Below are positions 35,952-48,940 of a stretch of DNA of 64,000 nucleotides, piece by piece. The stretch is from Isurus oxyrinchus (Eukaryota). Both the position numbers and the translations under genes were made by a program. The notes beneath the pieces are model-generated. The model worked only from the letters and a program-made list of their open reading frames with translations, did no database searches and was not told where the DNA came from. The stretch is from the NCBI GenBank assembly GCA_026770705.1, contig JANJGN010000121.1, positions 434,001-498,000 on the forward strand, written 5' to 3'. Within the stretch, counting starts at the first letter, position 1; every line of letters begins with the position of its first letter.

Positions 35952-36170
35952 CTAAGAACAATTAAAGATTTCATTGTGAACAAGACTCAGTACTGAGGGA
36001 GTGCTGCAGTGTTGGAGAATCAGTATTCAGGGACTGCTGCAGTGTCAGAGGTGAATTTGTATCAGTTAAAGACTATTGATTTGTTGCTAAACACAATGCA
36101 GTTGTGGGATCTTGCAATGTACTATGTAGAGCTTTCTAGCTAATGTAGAATGAAGGGTGTCCATTCTTAC

Positions 36171-36467
36171 CTTGCACAGTTAGTATGAGGGTCCGCTCCG
36201 ATGAAACAGATGGATATCTCACTCTGCAGCTGAGTGTGTGTCCGTGGTGTTTGAGTGATGGGATGAGGGTCAGAACAGAAGTATAGGTCAGAGTGACACC
36301 ATGCTGAGTTACAGTGTTTGAGACTGATCCAGGTACGTCAGTGGGAGTGTCCCAGGTTAAGACAGGTGCTGCTGTTCCATTGCACGTTGTGTTGAAGGTG
36401 CAGCTTACATCCACACGCTTTCCTGCAATAATTTCAGCAGGGAATATCGTGGGTTTATCTGTGAAAT
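36171..36467 (-). CDS. Gene B domain 2 (Siglec-type C2-set)
   Basis: 297 nt, DFTDKPTI...SCTFNTTCNGTAAPVLTW...HHGHTLSCRVRYP; has the extra Cys typical of the Siglec D1-D2 disulfide. Confidence 0.92.
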
Positions 36468-36719
36468 CTAACAGACAGAAAATGGATCCTTTTAGAGAAA
36501 TATAATGTGAAGCATCAGTTCAAATAGAAATCACAGTCCCACAAGAGAAAGCACTTTTACAAGGATGATATCAGAACTGAGAGGTTACAATGATCAGGAA
36601 AGATTTTCTTGCTCTTTGGCAGTAGTGTTTCTGTCTCTCAGCTTAATACACGTTCACTCCGAGACATGTGAATTGAGAATACTGGATGAGAGAAGAGGCT
36701 CAGACCAGAGATTGGAGTT

Positions 36720-36851
36720 AAAAGCAGAATACTGCGGATGCTGGAAATCTGAAACCAAAACAAAAATTGCTGGAAAGACTCAGCAGGTCTGACAGTATCA
36801 GTGGAGAGGAAGACAGGGTTAACGTTTCGAGTCCGTATGACTCTTCATCAG
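36720..36851 (-). mobile_element. Penelope-like terminal fragment with hammerhead-ribozyme core
   Basis: Minus strand CTGATGA-AGAGTC-ATACG-GACTC-GAAAC-GTT at 36851-36821. Confidence 0.6.
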
Positions 36852-37327
36852 ACCAGAGGTTTGAGTTCACTGGCTTCTCATTTCCTCAGTGATCTGGGTG
36901 ATTTATCACCTTGTGGTTTGTTGGATCTTGCTGTGCACAAACTGCCTGCTGTGTTTAACATCTGTGACCACAATTCAGGAATAATTTCATTGGCTGTGAA
37001 GGGATTTGGATCCTCCTGAGGTGGTAAATTGCGCTGCAGAAATGCACATCTTTCTTTTATCGATACGTCAGACTTTTAAACAGGACAGGAGAGATTGATG
37101 GGAGTGGATAACCTGATAATACAGTTAATGCTTTTCATCATTGATATTAAAGTAATTATTAGAGGTTGCTTTAGGACTGAACTGGAAGCTATCAGCAGGT
37201 TATGGAGAATGAAGACAATGTGTTATAATAACCTGTGTTTTGTGTTAATATGTAAACGTCACAGTTTGTGTTATTTCCCATTGAGTGTTGAATGTGAATT
37301 GTTGAGTAATTATAACACAGCACTTAC

Positions 37328-37693
37328 CAGAAACGTGAAGCTGGGTTACAGGATAGTAGCTGTAACTATTCCTGCTGTCAAATTCTATTCTGAAAAAATA
37401 AGGTCCCGCATCTTCCCGTCTGATGTTATTTATAATCAGAGAACAGTCACCATCTTTCAGGTCTCCAGACAGCCGGGTCCGATGGTGGAACCGTGGTAAC
37501 TCGTGACTGTGATCCTTGGAGTGAAAGGCTATAGACGATGTTCTCCATTCCTCATTATTAAACCAGACTCCAACTCGTGGTTGGTTTTCCAAATGTGATG
37601 GATAACTGTAATGACAGGGAATCTGTACACAGGAACCTTCCTGCGCTGTCACCTCTCGTGGAGTGTCACCTTTCCACTCTTGTTACAGTCCAA
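37328..37693 (-). CDS. Gene B sialic-acid-binding V-set exon (premature stop near 5' end)
   Basis: VGL*QEWKGDTP...SCVQIPC...W...GDCSLIINNIRREDAGPYFFRIE. Siglec Cys pattern, no F-strand Cys, essential Arg in FRIE. Confidence 0.9.
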
Positions 37694-39054
37694 CTGGGGA
37701 GAGAAATATCAATATTTAACTCTGGATGTTTTTTCGATCCACTAGACTTGATATCCACCCCCTCCATCACTGGGGCACATTGGCTGCAGTGTGGACCATC
37801 TACAGGACACACAAGGAACTCCCCAAGGTTTCACAATGGATGGAAGAGAATCTTGGACGCAGGAGTGGACAAGTTCATTCTACATTGGCTCATGGTCCTC
37901 AGGAACCTGTTTAGCTTTTTTTCAAATTATTCATTCATGGGATTTATTGCCCATCCCATGTCCATCAGAGGTATTTAAGAGTCAACCACATTGCTGTGGG
38001 TTTGGAGTGACATGTAGGCCAGACTGGGTAAGGGTGGCAGATTTCCTTCCCTATAGGTGATCAGTGAACCAGGCTTTTTAATCCCATTCATCTGCTGTGA
38101 TAGGATTCACACCCAGGGCCCCAGAGCATCACCCTGGGCCTCTGGAATACGAGCCCAGTGACAATACCTCTCTGCTACCGCTTCCCCTTAGTGAAGCCAG
38201 TCTTCCACCCAACACAGTGTCTACAAGACCAACCAATTGAGATCCATTCAGTGCAGATTTACAAGACAGGACAATGGATTAGGAGCCCTCAGAACTCCCC
38301 CCATTATCACCGTCATGAATCACTAATTAGCCTAACATTCTTGTCTGCCCTTCAACACAGCTGATTGGCTAATCTGATTCAATCTGATTGGTGTTCATTC
38401 CCTCTTCAATGTTTAAGGAATCACCAATCACTCGGCCTCTAGTTATTCTCCTGCCCACAAGAGGGAACATTCTCTGTCTACCCAGTCAATCAAAACCTTT
38501 CATCTAATCCTAGTGGTGCTTGAGTATATAGTCGGGAATCCAGGGCAATGGAGCCTCAGGAGAAGAGATGGAAACCCTGTGAGGTGGAACGTCACTGAGG
38601 CCATCCGAGTTGAAGCGACTTTTGGAGAGAATTCCAAGGCAAGATCTTCGAAGTTGAAGATTGGAATCCCTCATGAGAGAAACAGAGTTTCAGTGAGATT
38701 GGTTGACTGACAGTGTTCACTGATGTCCGGGTGGGTTGTTGTGAAATCCATGGGCACTATCTTGGTTGCGTTTACAATTTAATGAATAATGTGGCTGTGA
38801 GACCACAGTTTGCCTGTTAATTCACATGAGCTCATGTTAATCCAGAATGTTAGGGTATAAGGTGGATATTGTGAATTATTTTATCTTTCTGAGCTGGTGC
38901 AGTAAAGTTTATTTTTGTTTGTTTAAAAGCCATGGAATCTTGTAGCTTTATTCTCTTTGCAAGCATCTTAAATCTCAAACCTCGTCTACTTGAAACAAAA
39001 TATTATTGGTTCCTAACTGTAAATTATCAAAAAAAATTGGGTGCCTGTTCCTCC

Positions 39055-40305
39055 ATCAGCAACTCTTCAGAATCCTGCTGAAGTCACGGATATTTCAGAA
39101 GGACAGGGAACAAGAAGTTTCTGGTATCAGCGTTTTGTGTGGGGCCCAGTTCAGTTTGAACAAATAAACAACACCATCTTTGAAAGTCATGAACCCACCA
39201 CAGCGGCACCTCCGACACATGCAGAGCTCAGGCGAGAGGCGCTTTGTTAGTGTGTTTCACAGTGTCTGCTGGAGTAGGGTCAGTGCTGAGAGGGTCTGCT
39301 CAAGGATCATAACAACCTGCACTTGCACCTTCCAAGTAATAACATTTTGTAAATGTATTCATTCATGGGATGTGGGCGTCGCTGCCAAGGCCAGCATTTG
39401 CTGCCCATCTCTAATGTCCCGTGACATAATCTCTGTAGCAGAGTAGAGACAATCATGATCACTCAGGATATTTGACATCTATCCACATGAGCAGCTTTAC
39501 CTTCCTTCTCTCTTTCAGTTATCTTACTCCCTTATTGAAGTTTCTAGCATGGTGAGAACTGGATGGTTTGCTCGGACATTTCAGAGGAACCACGTTGCTA
39601 TGAGTCTGGAGTCACATGTAGGCCAGACCAGATATAGACGGCAGATTTCCTTCCCTAAAGGCCATTAGTGAACCAAATGGGTGTGTATGACAATCGATGA
39701 TAGTTTCATGGTCTCCATTACTGAGACTAACTCCCATTAGTGTAAACAGAGTGAACAGTTTTCCATTGATCCCACCTTTCCCGTTCTCTCCGGTATTTTA
39801 CACACTATTGCTCGATAATTTGATTCTGACAAGGACCCATTGGAAAATCATGGACCCCAGTTAGACAACCAATGGAATAAGGAATCTCTTTGGATCCTCA
39901 TTGTCTAAGGAATCTCTTTGGATCCTCATTGTCTGAAGAATCTCTTTGGATCCTCATTGTCTAAGGAATCTCTTTGGATCCTCATTGTCTAAGGGATTAT
40001 TTCTGATCCAAACCCCATATTGTTGTATTGTTGATTCCAATGCAGCATTGTAGACTGACTTGTCCCCAAGCTCAGCACTGACCCTACTCCAGCAGACACT
40101 GTGAAACACACTAACAAAGCGCCTCTAGCCTGAGCTCTGCATGTGTCGGAGGTGCCGCTGTGGTGGGTTCATCACTTTCAAAGATGGTGTTGTTTATTTG
40201 TTCAAACTGAACTGGGCCCCACACAAAACGCTGATACCAGAAACCTCTTGTTCCCTGTCCTTCTGAAACATCTGTGATTCAGCAGGATTCTGAAGATTTG
40301 CTGAT
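39055..40305. repeat. ~235-bp inverted repeat pair (39055-39290 / 40071-40305)
   Basis: Arms are reverse complements with only scattered mismatches. The ~780-bp spacer includes four copies of a ~28-bp unit at ~39880-39995. Confidence 0.92.
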
Positions 40306-41179
40306 AAGGGTCTTAAATTGTCTGATTGTTGAATGATACAGCACAGGAGGAGCTCATTTGACCCATCGTGCATGTGCTGGCTCTTTCCCAATTCCTCTCC
40401 AGCACCTTTCACACATCCCTGCAAATTTCCCTTCAAGTGTTTATCCAGTTCCCCTTCTGAAAGTTCCTGTTGAATCTGCTTCCACCGCCCTTTCAGGCAG
40501 TGAGTCAATGGTCTCTCTCTGAGCTGCAAAGTGCTCAGATTCTGTGAAATTTAAACTCTGCAGCAGATCAGAGACACTCATGATAACTCAGAATATTTGA
40601 CAGTTTTACACACGGACAGCTTTACCTTCCTTCTCTCTTTCAGTTATCTTGCTCCCTTATTGAAGTATCTAGCAAGGTTAGAATGGACAGGAAGTGTGAC
40701 ACTGAACAGCCTGCCTATTCTAGGAGCTGCTGTGCTGTCTTCATGGGAAATTCTGATTAAAATCAGCAAAAGACACAAATTTCAGATTATTGCTATCAGG
40801 ATCCTAGAACCTGGATAGATTTCATCCCCCAGCTTTTATCCCTGATTTTCAGCTCAACCCATCCCTCCCCATCTCTCACTGACCAACACTCGACATCACC
40901 TGAAGTTTAAGATTCTGCTCTCGCTGCTACAATTCTGCCTAAGCCTGTAACCTCCTCCAGCCCCTACAACCCTCTGAGATCTCTGCTCTCCCCCAATTTT
41001 GCTGTCAGACAGGGAGTCAGTGTATATCAGTGAGCACAGGGGTGATGGGTGAATGGGACTTGGTGTGAGTTTGTACACTGGCTCACTGCTGAATCGGTTC
41101 TCAATCACAGCTCAATAAGAATGCTATTTTACAAAGACTATTAACCCCTTAGATCTGTCCGAGCTGACGATGATATTAC

Positions 41180-41219
41180 CTTGGAGAAGTGACAGGAAGA
41201 AGTAAGATTTCCCGATCAT
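41180..41219 (-). CDS. Gene B leader exon (proximal copy)
   Basis: MIGKSYFFLSLLQ-G|gtaat; exon acceptor at 41262; non-coding exon donor GG|gtaagt at 41669. Confidence 0.85.
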
Positions 41220-41669
41220 TGTCCACTCCCAGATATTTCCTCAGCTTCTAACTCTGAAGTTCTGAAAGAGAAAGGAGTTAATGAGACTTCACCTCTTGTC
41301 CGACAGCTCTCGAGAGATCAGAACTGCTTTTACACAATGTCTTCACAGACTAATTTGATTCTCGGTGGGATGATAGATGCTCTGCAGAGAGTTACAAGGC
41401 TTTAAGGAAGAAAAACAATGAAGGATTTGCATTTCTATACAACCTTTCACCTCCTCAGGGCATCCCAAAGCTCATGTCACTCCAATTCCCTCGCCCCTTG
41501 AGCTATAAGGATGTTCTGTACAACAGACTTGACCCTCACACCCAGATCTCAATAATCAGTCGAAATCTTTCAAAGGCATCGATCATTGGAATCTGTCTTT
41601 ATAAAGTCACAACATCAACAAAGGACGGTGTTGGTGGTGGAAGTGAATTCCAATCGTTCTGTTACTTAC

Positions 41670-41810
41670 CCAGGACCTGTCCGACTGCTCGCCTGGGGAG
41701 GAACTGCCCACACGCTCTGCTTGGGCTGAATGACCTCTTCCTGTGCTGCTCCCTCTGTGTATTTAATGAGAAAGGGTGGATGTGTCACTTTGAGACAAAA
41801 TGAGGAAGTT
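41670..41810 (-). promoter_or_regulatory. Gene B non-coding first exon and ETS/PU.1-type site (duplicate at 43423-43562)
   Basis: Strong donor plus AAAATGAGGAAGT (core 41802-41809); no obvious TATA at the expected distance. Confidence 0.5.
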
Positions 41811-42946
41811 GGAACAAAGTGAGTGAACCGCACTTTGCTGTGCACTGTCAGTAAACCCTGTGTCTGTATAAGAATATAAGAACAGAACAAGTAGGATCAG
41901 CTGGACAATCTGACATTTTCATTCCTTATATTCCATCCACTCATTTTTTTATCCACTCACTGAAACTATTTATCTCCCTCTGCAGCCTCTTTGTGTCCTC
42001 CTCACAACCAGCTTTCCTGCACAGCTTATATATTTGCTACCTATCTTCACCATACAGTCAGAAAATCTGTCTACAGTACAGTCAGTCTCTTCATCCAAGT
42101 CACTAATGTAGATTGTGAATAGTTGAGGCTTTGAAATATCTGTCTAATTATTCCCACGCTCAGCTCTACTCTCTCCTCCACAGCCCTGCAAAATGTCCCC
42201 TTCAAGTATTTATCCAGTTCCCCTTCTGAAAGTTCCTGTTGAATCTGCTTCCACCGGCCTTTCAGGCAGTGAGTCAATGGTCTCTCTCTGAGCTGCAAAG
42301 TGCTCAGATTCTGTGAAATTTAAACTATGCAGCAGATCAGAGACAATCATGATAACTCAGAATATTTGACAGTTTTACACACAGACAGCTTTACCTTCCT
42401 TCTCTCTATCAGTTATCTTGCTCCCTTATTGAAGTATCTAGCAAGGTGAGAATGGACAGGAAGTGTGACGCTGAACAGCCTGTCTATTCTAGGAGCTGCT
42501 GTGTTGTCTTCATGGGAAATTCTGTCTAAAATCAGCAAAAGACACAAATTTCAGGATATTGCTATCAGAATCCTAGCACCTGGATATATTTCATCCCCCA
42601 GTTTGTATCCCTGACTTTCTGCTCAACCCATTACTCCCCGTCTCTCACTGACCAACACCCGACATCACCTGAAGTTTAAGATTCTCCTCTAGCTGTTACA
42701 ATCCTGCCTAATTGTGTAACTGTCTCCAGCCCCTACAACCCTCTCAGATCTCAGCTCTCTTCCAATTCTGCTGTCAGACAGGGAGTCAGTGTATTTCAGT
42801 GAGCACAGGGGTGATGGGTGAATGGGACTTGGTGTGAGTTTGTACACTAGCTCACTGCTGAATCGGTTCCCTATCAGAGCTCAATAAGAATGCTATTTTA
42901 CAAAGACTATTAACCATAAATCTGTCCAAGCTGACGATGATATTAC

Positions 42947-42986
42947 CTTGGAGAAGTGACAGGAGGAAGTAAGATTTCCCGATCAT
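42947..42986 (-). CDS. Duplicate leader exon (distal copy)
   Basis: MIGKSYFLLSLLQ-G|gtaat; splice sites intact. Confidence 0.75.
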
Positions 42987-43799
42987 TGTCAACTCCTAGA
43001 TATTCCATTAGCTTCTCACTCTCAAACTCTGAAAGAGAAAGGAGTTAATGAGACCTCACCTCTTGTCCGACAGCTCTCGTGAGATCAGAACTGCTTTTAG
43101 ACAAGACTTACTTGATTCTCCATGGGATGATAGGTGCTCTGCAGAGAGTTACTAAGCTTTCAGAAAGAAAAACTATGTAGGGTTTGCATTTCTGTAGCAC
43201 CTTTCACCACCTCAGTATGTCCCAAATCTCATGACCCTGCACTTCCCTCATCCCTTGAGCTAGAAAGATGTTCTGTACAACTTGAGCCTCACACCCAGAT
43301 CTCAATAATCAGTAGAAATCTTTCAAAGGCATCAATCATTGGAATCTCTCTTTATAAAGTCACAACAACAACAAAGGACGGTGTTGGTCGTGGAAGTGAA
43401 TTCCAATCGTTCCGTTACTTACCCAGGATCTGTCCGACTGCTCGCCTGGGGAGGAACTGCCCACACGCTCTGCTTGGGCTGAATGACCTCTTCCTGTGCT
43501 GCTCCCTCTGTGTATTTAATTAGAAAAGGCTGATGTGTCACTGTGAGACAAAATGAGGAAGTTGGAACAAAGTGAGAGAACAGCACTTTGCTGTGCACTG
43601 TCAGTAAACCCTGTGTCTGTATAAGAATATAAGAACAGAACAAGTAGGATCAGCTGGACACCCTGACATTTTCATTCCTTATATTCCATCCAATCATTTT
43701 TTTGTCCCCTCGCTGAAACTATTAATCTCCCTCTGCAGCCTCTTTGTGTCCTCCTCACAGCTTGCTTTCCTGCTCAGCTTATATATTTCCTACCTATCT

Positions 43800-46560
43800 T
43801 CACCACACAGTCAGAAAATCTGTCTACAGTACAGTCAGTCTCTTCATCCAAGTTACTAATGTAGATTGTGAATAGTTGAGGCCTCAGCACTGATCCCTGT
43901 GGCTCTCCACTAGTTACAGTTTACCAAGCTGAAAATCACCCATTTATCCTGGCTCTCTGTTTCCTGTCAGTTAGCCAGTCCTCTATCCATATTAATATAT
44001 ACCCCCCAACACCATCCAATTTCACCCTGTGCAGTATCCTTTGATGTGGGGCCTTATTGAATGCCTTTTGGAAATGCAATGTCATGAAGAGATACTTGTG
44101 CGTAACATGTGCTTGGAAATTATTTTTTAAAATAGAATTCTAGTGGTGGTCCATGTATAGGTGTGTGTCTGGGTGTGTCTTAATTGGATTAAAGCCAGCT
44201 GGTCTGTGTGCTTTGATGTTTAGTAGTTTTGAGATGTTAATTGGGTGAATTGTGAGGAGAACAGTAAAGTGTTCATTTGCAATTGTTGAATAAACCATTC
44301 CAGACTGGGGGTAAAATCTTGCACCTAGTTAGAAGGAGCCAAAAGATGGGTTTTTTCTTGAACTTACTAATGAAATTGGTGCTATGAAAGGGGGTTTTAT
44401 TGTTCGACCAGCTGGAGTTCAGAAGACCAAGTGATACAATGGAAAATTTACATTCAAAAGGAAAGCTAGCTATATAAAGGAAGGAGTTTGTGTGTGTGAG
44501 GCAGGAGCATTTCAGACCTAACCAGCCTGTAGCCTCCAACCAACTTGCAAAGGAGCCTCATTCGGAATTCGTAATGTCAAATGTGCTTTGCCTGGTGTCT
44601 ATATTATGTCAATGGTTCATTGTTGCCTTAGTAGAGATTTACATGGGGTTGATTAATTTGGTGATTTGTTAAAAAGTTATTATAATAGTTATTTGTAGCC
44701 AATGTGTATGTGTTAATTTTGTTGTTAAATTAATAAATGGTTTATTTAGTTTTATATAAAAAAACCCATAAGCCTCGGTGGTCTTATTCCTACTGAATTC
44801 AAAGTCTTCATCTCGAAATTACAAATAGCAAAATTAGGTTATGACAGTTGTTTCAATTTTCCCTCTGGGATTTGAACAACTCAGCCTTTACCCTTGGCTG
44901 TGTCATAGTCCCTAATACACCACATCTACATGTTCTCCTTTATCCAATCCACTTGTTACATCCTCGAGGAAATCTAATTATTTTTTCAAACATGATATCC
45001 CTTTCACAAACCCATGTTGACTCTGTCTGATTGAATTATGGTTTTCTAAATGTCCCGCTGCTCCCTCCTTCATAATGAATTCTGGTATTTTCCCAATGAC
45101 AGATATTAGACTAACTGACCTGTGGTTTCTTGCTTTCTGCCTCCTCCCTTTATTGAACAGAAGTGTTTTATTTATGTTTTTCCAATCCACTGGGACCTTC
45201 CCATAATCTAAGGAATTCTGGAAGATTACAACCAATGCATCCACCGTCTCTGCAGCCATTTCCTTTCAGACCCTCACATTCAGGCCGTCTGCTCCATGGG
45301 ACTTGTCAGCATTTGTCTCATTAGTTTTCTTAATACTTTTTCTCTGGTGATAGTGATTGTTTTATGTTCCTCCCTCCTTGTTGCACCGTGACTTTCTCCT
45401 GCTATTGGGATGGTTTTAGAGATTTTTACTGTGAAGACAGACACAAAATTCTTGTTGAAAGTCTCTGTCATTTCCTTGTTTCCCATTATTAATTCCCCAG
45501 TCTGATTTTCTATATGTCCCATTATTACTGGAGCTTCTCTCTTATTTTAATGTACAACATCTCACTGTCATTGTTTATGGTTCTTGCTAGTTTACTCTCA
45601 TATCATCATTTCTGCCTCCTTATATTTCTCCCCTCACTTTTCTGGTTTCTCAAATATTCCCAATCTCCAGCCTATCACTCAGCATCCCAACATTGCCGGC
45701 TTTATCTCAGAATTGGATACCGTCCTTAGCTTCCTGAGTTAGCCGCCGATGCTCCATCCTTTTTATAGATTCTTTCTTTCTTACTGGAAAATATCTTCAT
45801 TGGAATTTATGAAACATCTCTTTAGACGCCTATTACTCCTCATCTACACACACCCCCCCTTTAACCTGCTGTCCCACTCCACTTGGGCCGACTCTGCTTT
45901 TAACCCTTGTAATTGTCTCTAGATAAGTTTATGACACTAGTTTCAGAACCAAGTTTCTAATTTGAATATTAAATTTCAACACCGTATGATTACTCTTCCC
46001 TTGAGGGTCCTTTACAATGAGATGTTAATTAGTCTTGTCTCATTAAACATTGCCAGGACTAAAACAGCCTCTTCCCTGGTTGGTTCCACATTGCATTGTT
46101 CTAAAATACTGTCCTGAATACAATTGCTGAAAGCTACATTTGCTAATTTGAGTTGTCTAATCTGTATGACGATTGAAAACTCCCATGATTATTGTGGTGC
46201 CTTTCACACAAACCTCCGCATGTATTGATTTATAATCTGTCCCTGCAGTGTAACTACTATCAGGGGGGAGTGTAAACCAACCCATCAGAGATTTCTTTCC
46301 CTTGTAATTTCTTATATTCACCCAAACTGACTGTGCATCTTGACATCTGAGCCAAGATCATTTCTCACTACTTTACAGGTCTCATCTTTTATTAAGGGAG
46401 CTATCCCACCTCCTTTTCATTTTTCCTATCCTTTCAAAGATTCCAAATATCCTTCAATTTTCAATTTCCAACCTTGGTCACCTTGCAACCAACTCTCTGC
46501 AGTGTCCATCTTATCGTACCCATTAATCTCTATTTGTGCTATAACTTCATTTATTTTGTT
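43800..46560 (-). mobile_element. Degenerate CR1 LINE ORF2 with nested solo LTR
   Basis: DALVVIFQNSLDYGKVPVDWK...SQHGFVKGISCL; GNKEMTETFNKNFVSVFT. Confidence 0.85.
44080..44908 (+). mobile_element. Solo LTR (Gypsy-like)
   Basis: Starts TGTCATGA, ends TGTGTCATA, internal TATATAAA and AATAAA; colinear with 51475-52201; interrupts CR1. Confidence 0.75.
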
Positions 46561-46579
46561 CCAACTTTATGTTTTATAT

Positions 46580-47320
46580 ATTCATTCTTCCATGGGAAGT
46601 GGGCATCACTGGCTAGGCCAGCATTTATGGCCCATCCCTAATTACCTTGAGAAGGTGGTGGTGAGCTGCCTTCCTGAACCTCTGCACTCCATGTGGTGTA
46701 GGTACACCCACAATGCAGTTAGAGAAGGAAGTCCAAGATTTTGACCAACTGGCAGTGAAGGGACGGCGATATATTTCAAAATCAGGATGATGTGTGTCTT
46801 GGAGGGGAACTTCCAGGTGGTGGTGTTCCCCTATGCCTGCTGCCCTTGTCCTTCTCAATGGTAGAGGTCGTGGGATTGGGAGGTGCTGTTGAAGGAACCT
46901 TGCTGAGTTGCTGAAGTTCATGTTGTAGATGGGACACACTGCTGCCACTGTGCATTGACGATGGAGGGAGTGAGTGTTGCTGTGGTTGAGGGGGAGCCAA
47001 TCATGTGGGGCTGCTTTGTCCAGGGTGGTGTCGGGCTTCTTGAGTGTTGTTGGAGCTGCACTCATCCAGGCAAGTGGAGAGTATTCCATTCACACTCCTG
47101 CCTTGTGCTATGTTGATGATGGACAGGATTTGAGGAGTCAGGAGGTGAGTTACTCACCGCAGGATTCCCAGCCTCTGAGCTGCTCTAACTGTCATAGCAT
47201 TTATGTGGCAGGTCCAGTTCACTCTCTGGCCTATGGTAACCCCCAGGATGTTGATATTCGGGGATTCAGTGATGGTGCTGCCATTGAATGTCAAGGGGCT
47301 TGGTTAGACTCTCTCTTGCG
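46580..47320 (-). mobile_element. CR1/L2-group LINE 3' fragment
   Basis: MEYSPLAWMSAAPTTLKK; same family as 4425-5620 and 52550-52990 (+). Confidence 0.85.
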
Positions 47321-48568
47321 TGCATTCAGATTAAGAACCTTTCTGTCTTTTCCCCATTTCCCCTACTCTGACCTTATTTGCTGGGACACTGGTTGGTGCT
47401 GGTTTCAGTCTCAGTTTGTCTCAGTTGGTCACACTCTGGCCTCTGTCTCGAGACTGATGTTCCCTCTTGGTAGTGACAGTGATGGGGGTGTTGGGGAGAG
47501 TGTGGATATTGACCCCACTGGTCCCCCTCCCCCACTCCGCCATTCTATCCTGGGAGACCCGCCAGGATCCTTGTTCCAGCTGCGATGGGCAGCCCTTCCA
47601 CACTTTCCTGTCGGTCCCGCACTTCATGTGTAAAAGCGCTAAGTTAGAGCAGGGATGGGGAAATGAACAGGGGGCATGGGATGAGTGTGGGGGTCTCACA
47701 GCCAGAACTGACCCTACCCTCAACTCTGTGGAGGGGGGGAGGTTTCACCAGCTCTCTGTCTTAACAGCATCGTAACCACAGTGTGAAGATTGTCCCCATT
47801 CCCTGTATCTTAATAATATTGTAAAGACAACTGGGAGATGTGCTGCAGTCTCTGAGAAAGAATTTGGTGTGCCTACAGCACTACCACTGGCAAGAGAGTG
47901 TAAGTACAGTGTGACATGTTTACATGGGAAATTTTCATGATAAATGTGGACACAGGAATTTACATAATTTGGTGGGGAAATGCAATGACATGAATTAACA
48001 GATTGGAGAAGGGAGGTTGTCCCAGAGTAGGATATTTAATAAAAATATATCTGTACAGAGTTTTCTGGGCATTTAAATCCCTTGTGACAATAAATGTAAT
48101 ATTATAGAAAATGCAAAGGCTTCTTGTAATCTATCACAGAATAAACTAGTTGCAGAACTCAGAAAGCACATTCTAAAATGTTAACAAGGTTCAGTGACAT
48201 CACATTTCTGCTAATTACTATTCAACCATGTTGGCTGCACGCAGTCAGGCAGTCCCTCGGTTGTGATGTGTCCACACAGCAGGACTGGGATGCATCAGCA
48301 TCAAAGGACATGCTTAGTTGTTGCCGTGCAATGCATTTATTGCGAGCCTGTTGCACACACGCCCTGTCAAAGGAGTATCCATGGTTCCATTCTGAATCGA
48401 GGCAGGTCCAAGATACTCCAACAACTTGCATTTGTATAGCACACTTAATGAGGCAAACTGTCCCAGAGCTCTTCAGGGGATTGTTAAACACATATAAATC
48501 CATCTCTGAGACACATAATGAGATATTAGGGACAGATGACCAAAAGCACAGTTAACCAAGGCAGTTAA

Positions 48569-48753
48569 NNNNNNNNNNNNNNNNNNNNNNNNNNNNNNNN
48601 NNNNNNNNNNNNNNNNNNNNNNNNNNNNNNNNNNNNNNNNNNNNNNNNNNNNNNNNNNNNNNNNNNNNNNNNNNNNNNNNNNNNNNNNNNNNNNNNNNNN
48701 NNNNNNNNNNNNNNNNNNNNNNNNNNNNNNNNNNNNNNNNNNNNNNNNNNNNN
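48569..48753. other. Assembly gap
   Basis: Run of N. Confidence 1.
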
Positions 48754-48940
48754 TCCGCAATGTCGCAGCATCAAGTCGTCACTGGGGAAACATTACATTC
48801 CAAACCACACCAACCGCAGACCCATTCAGTCCCTTCCTCCCTCTCTCCCCCTCTCCCCCAGTGGGTTGTCTCATGTTCCAAGGAATCATAATCCCGGCCC
48901 CCACCCACAAACCTCCTCACCCCCTCTCCCCATTTCACAC

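Larger units (their letters stand above)
25353..41219 (-). pseudogene. Gene B: Siglec/MAG-like inhibitory receptor (V + C2 + 8 tandem C2 units + TM + ITIM tail) with a nonsense codon in the V exon
   Basis: 14 coding exons with GT-AG boundaries and compatible phases. TAA at 37685-37683 where paralog C has TCA. Confidence 0.75.
40417..43883. repeat. Tandem ~1.76-kb duplication containing promoter, non-coding exon 1 and leader exon of gene B
   Basis: 40417-42130 aligns colinearly with 42184-43883. Confidence 0.92.

Noticed and set aside
39499-42440. 43-nt exon-like segment with AAG|gtaaag donor in three copies (~39500, ~40626, ~42395)
   Set aside because: The copy I translated (~40626) has stops in all three frames and the length is not a multiple of 3. 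Recurrence is explained by duplication, and there is no evidence of use.
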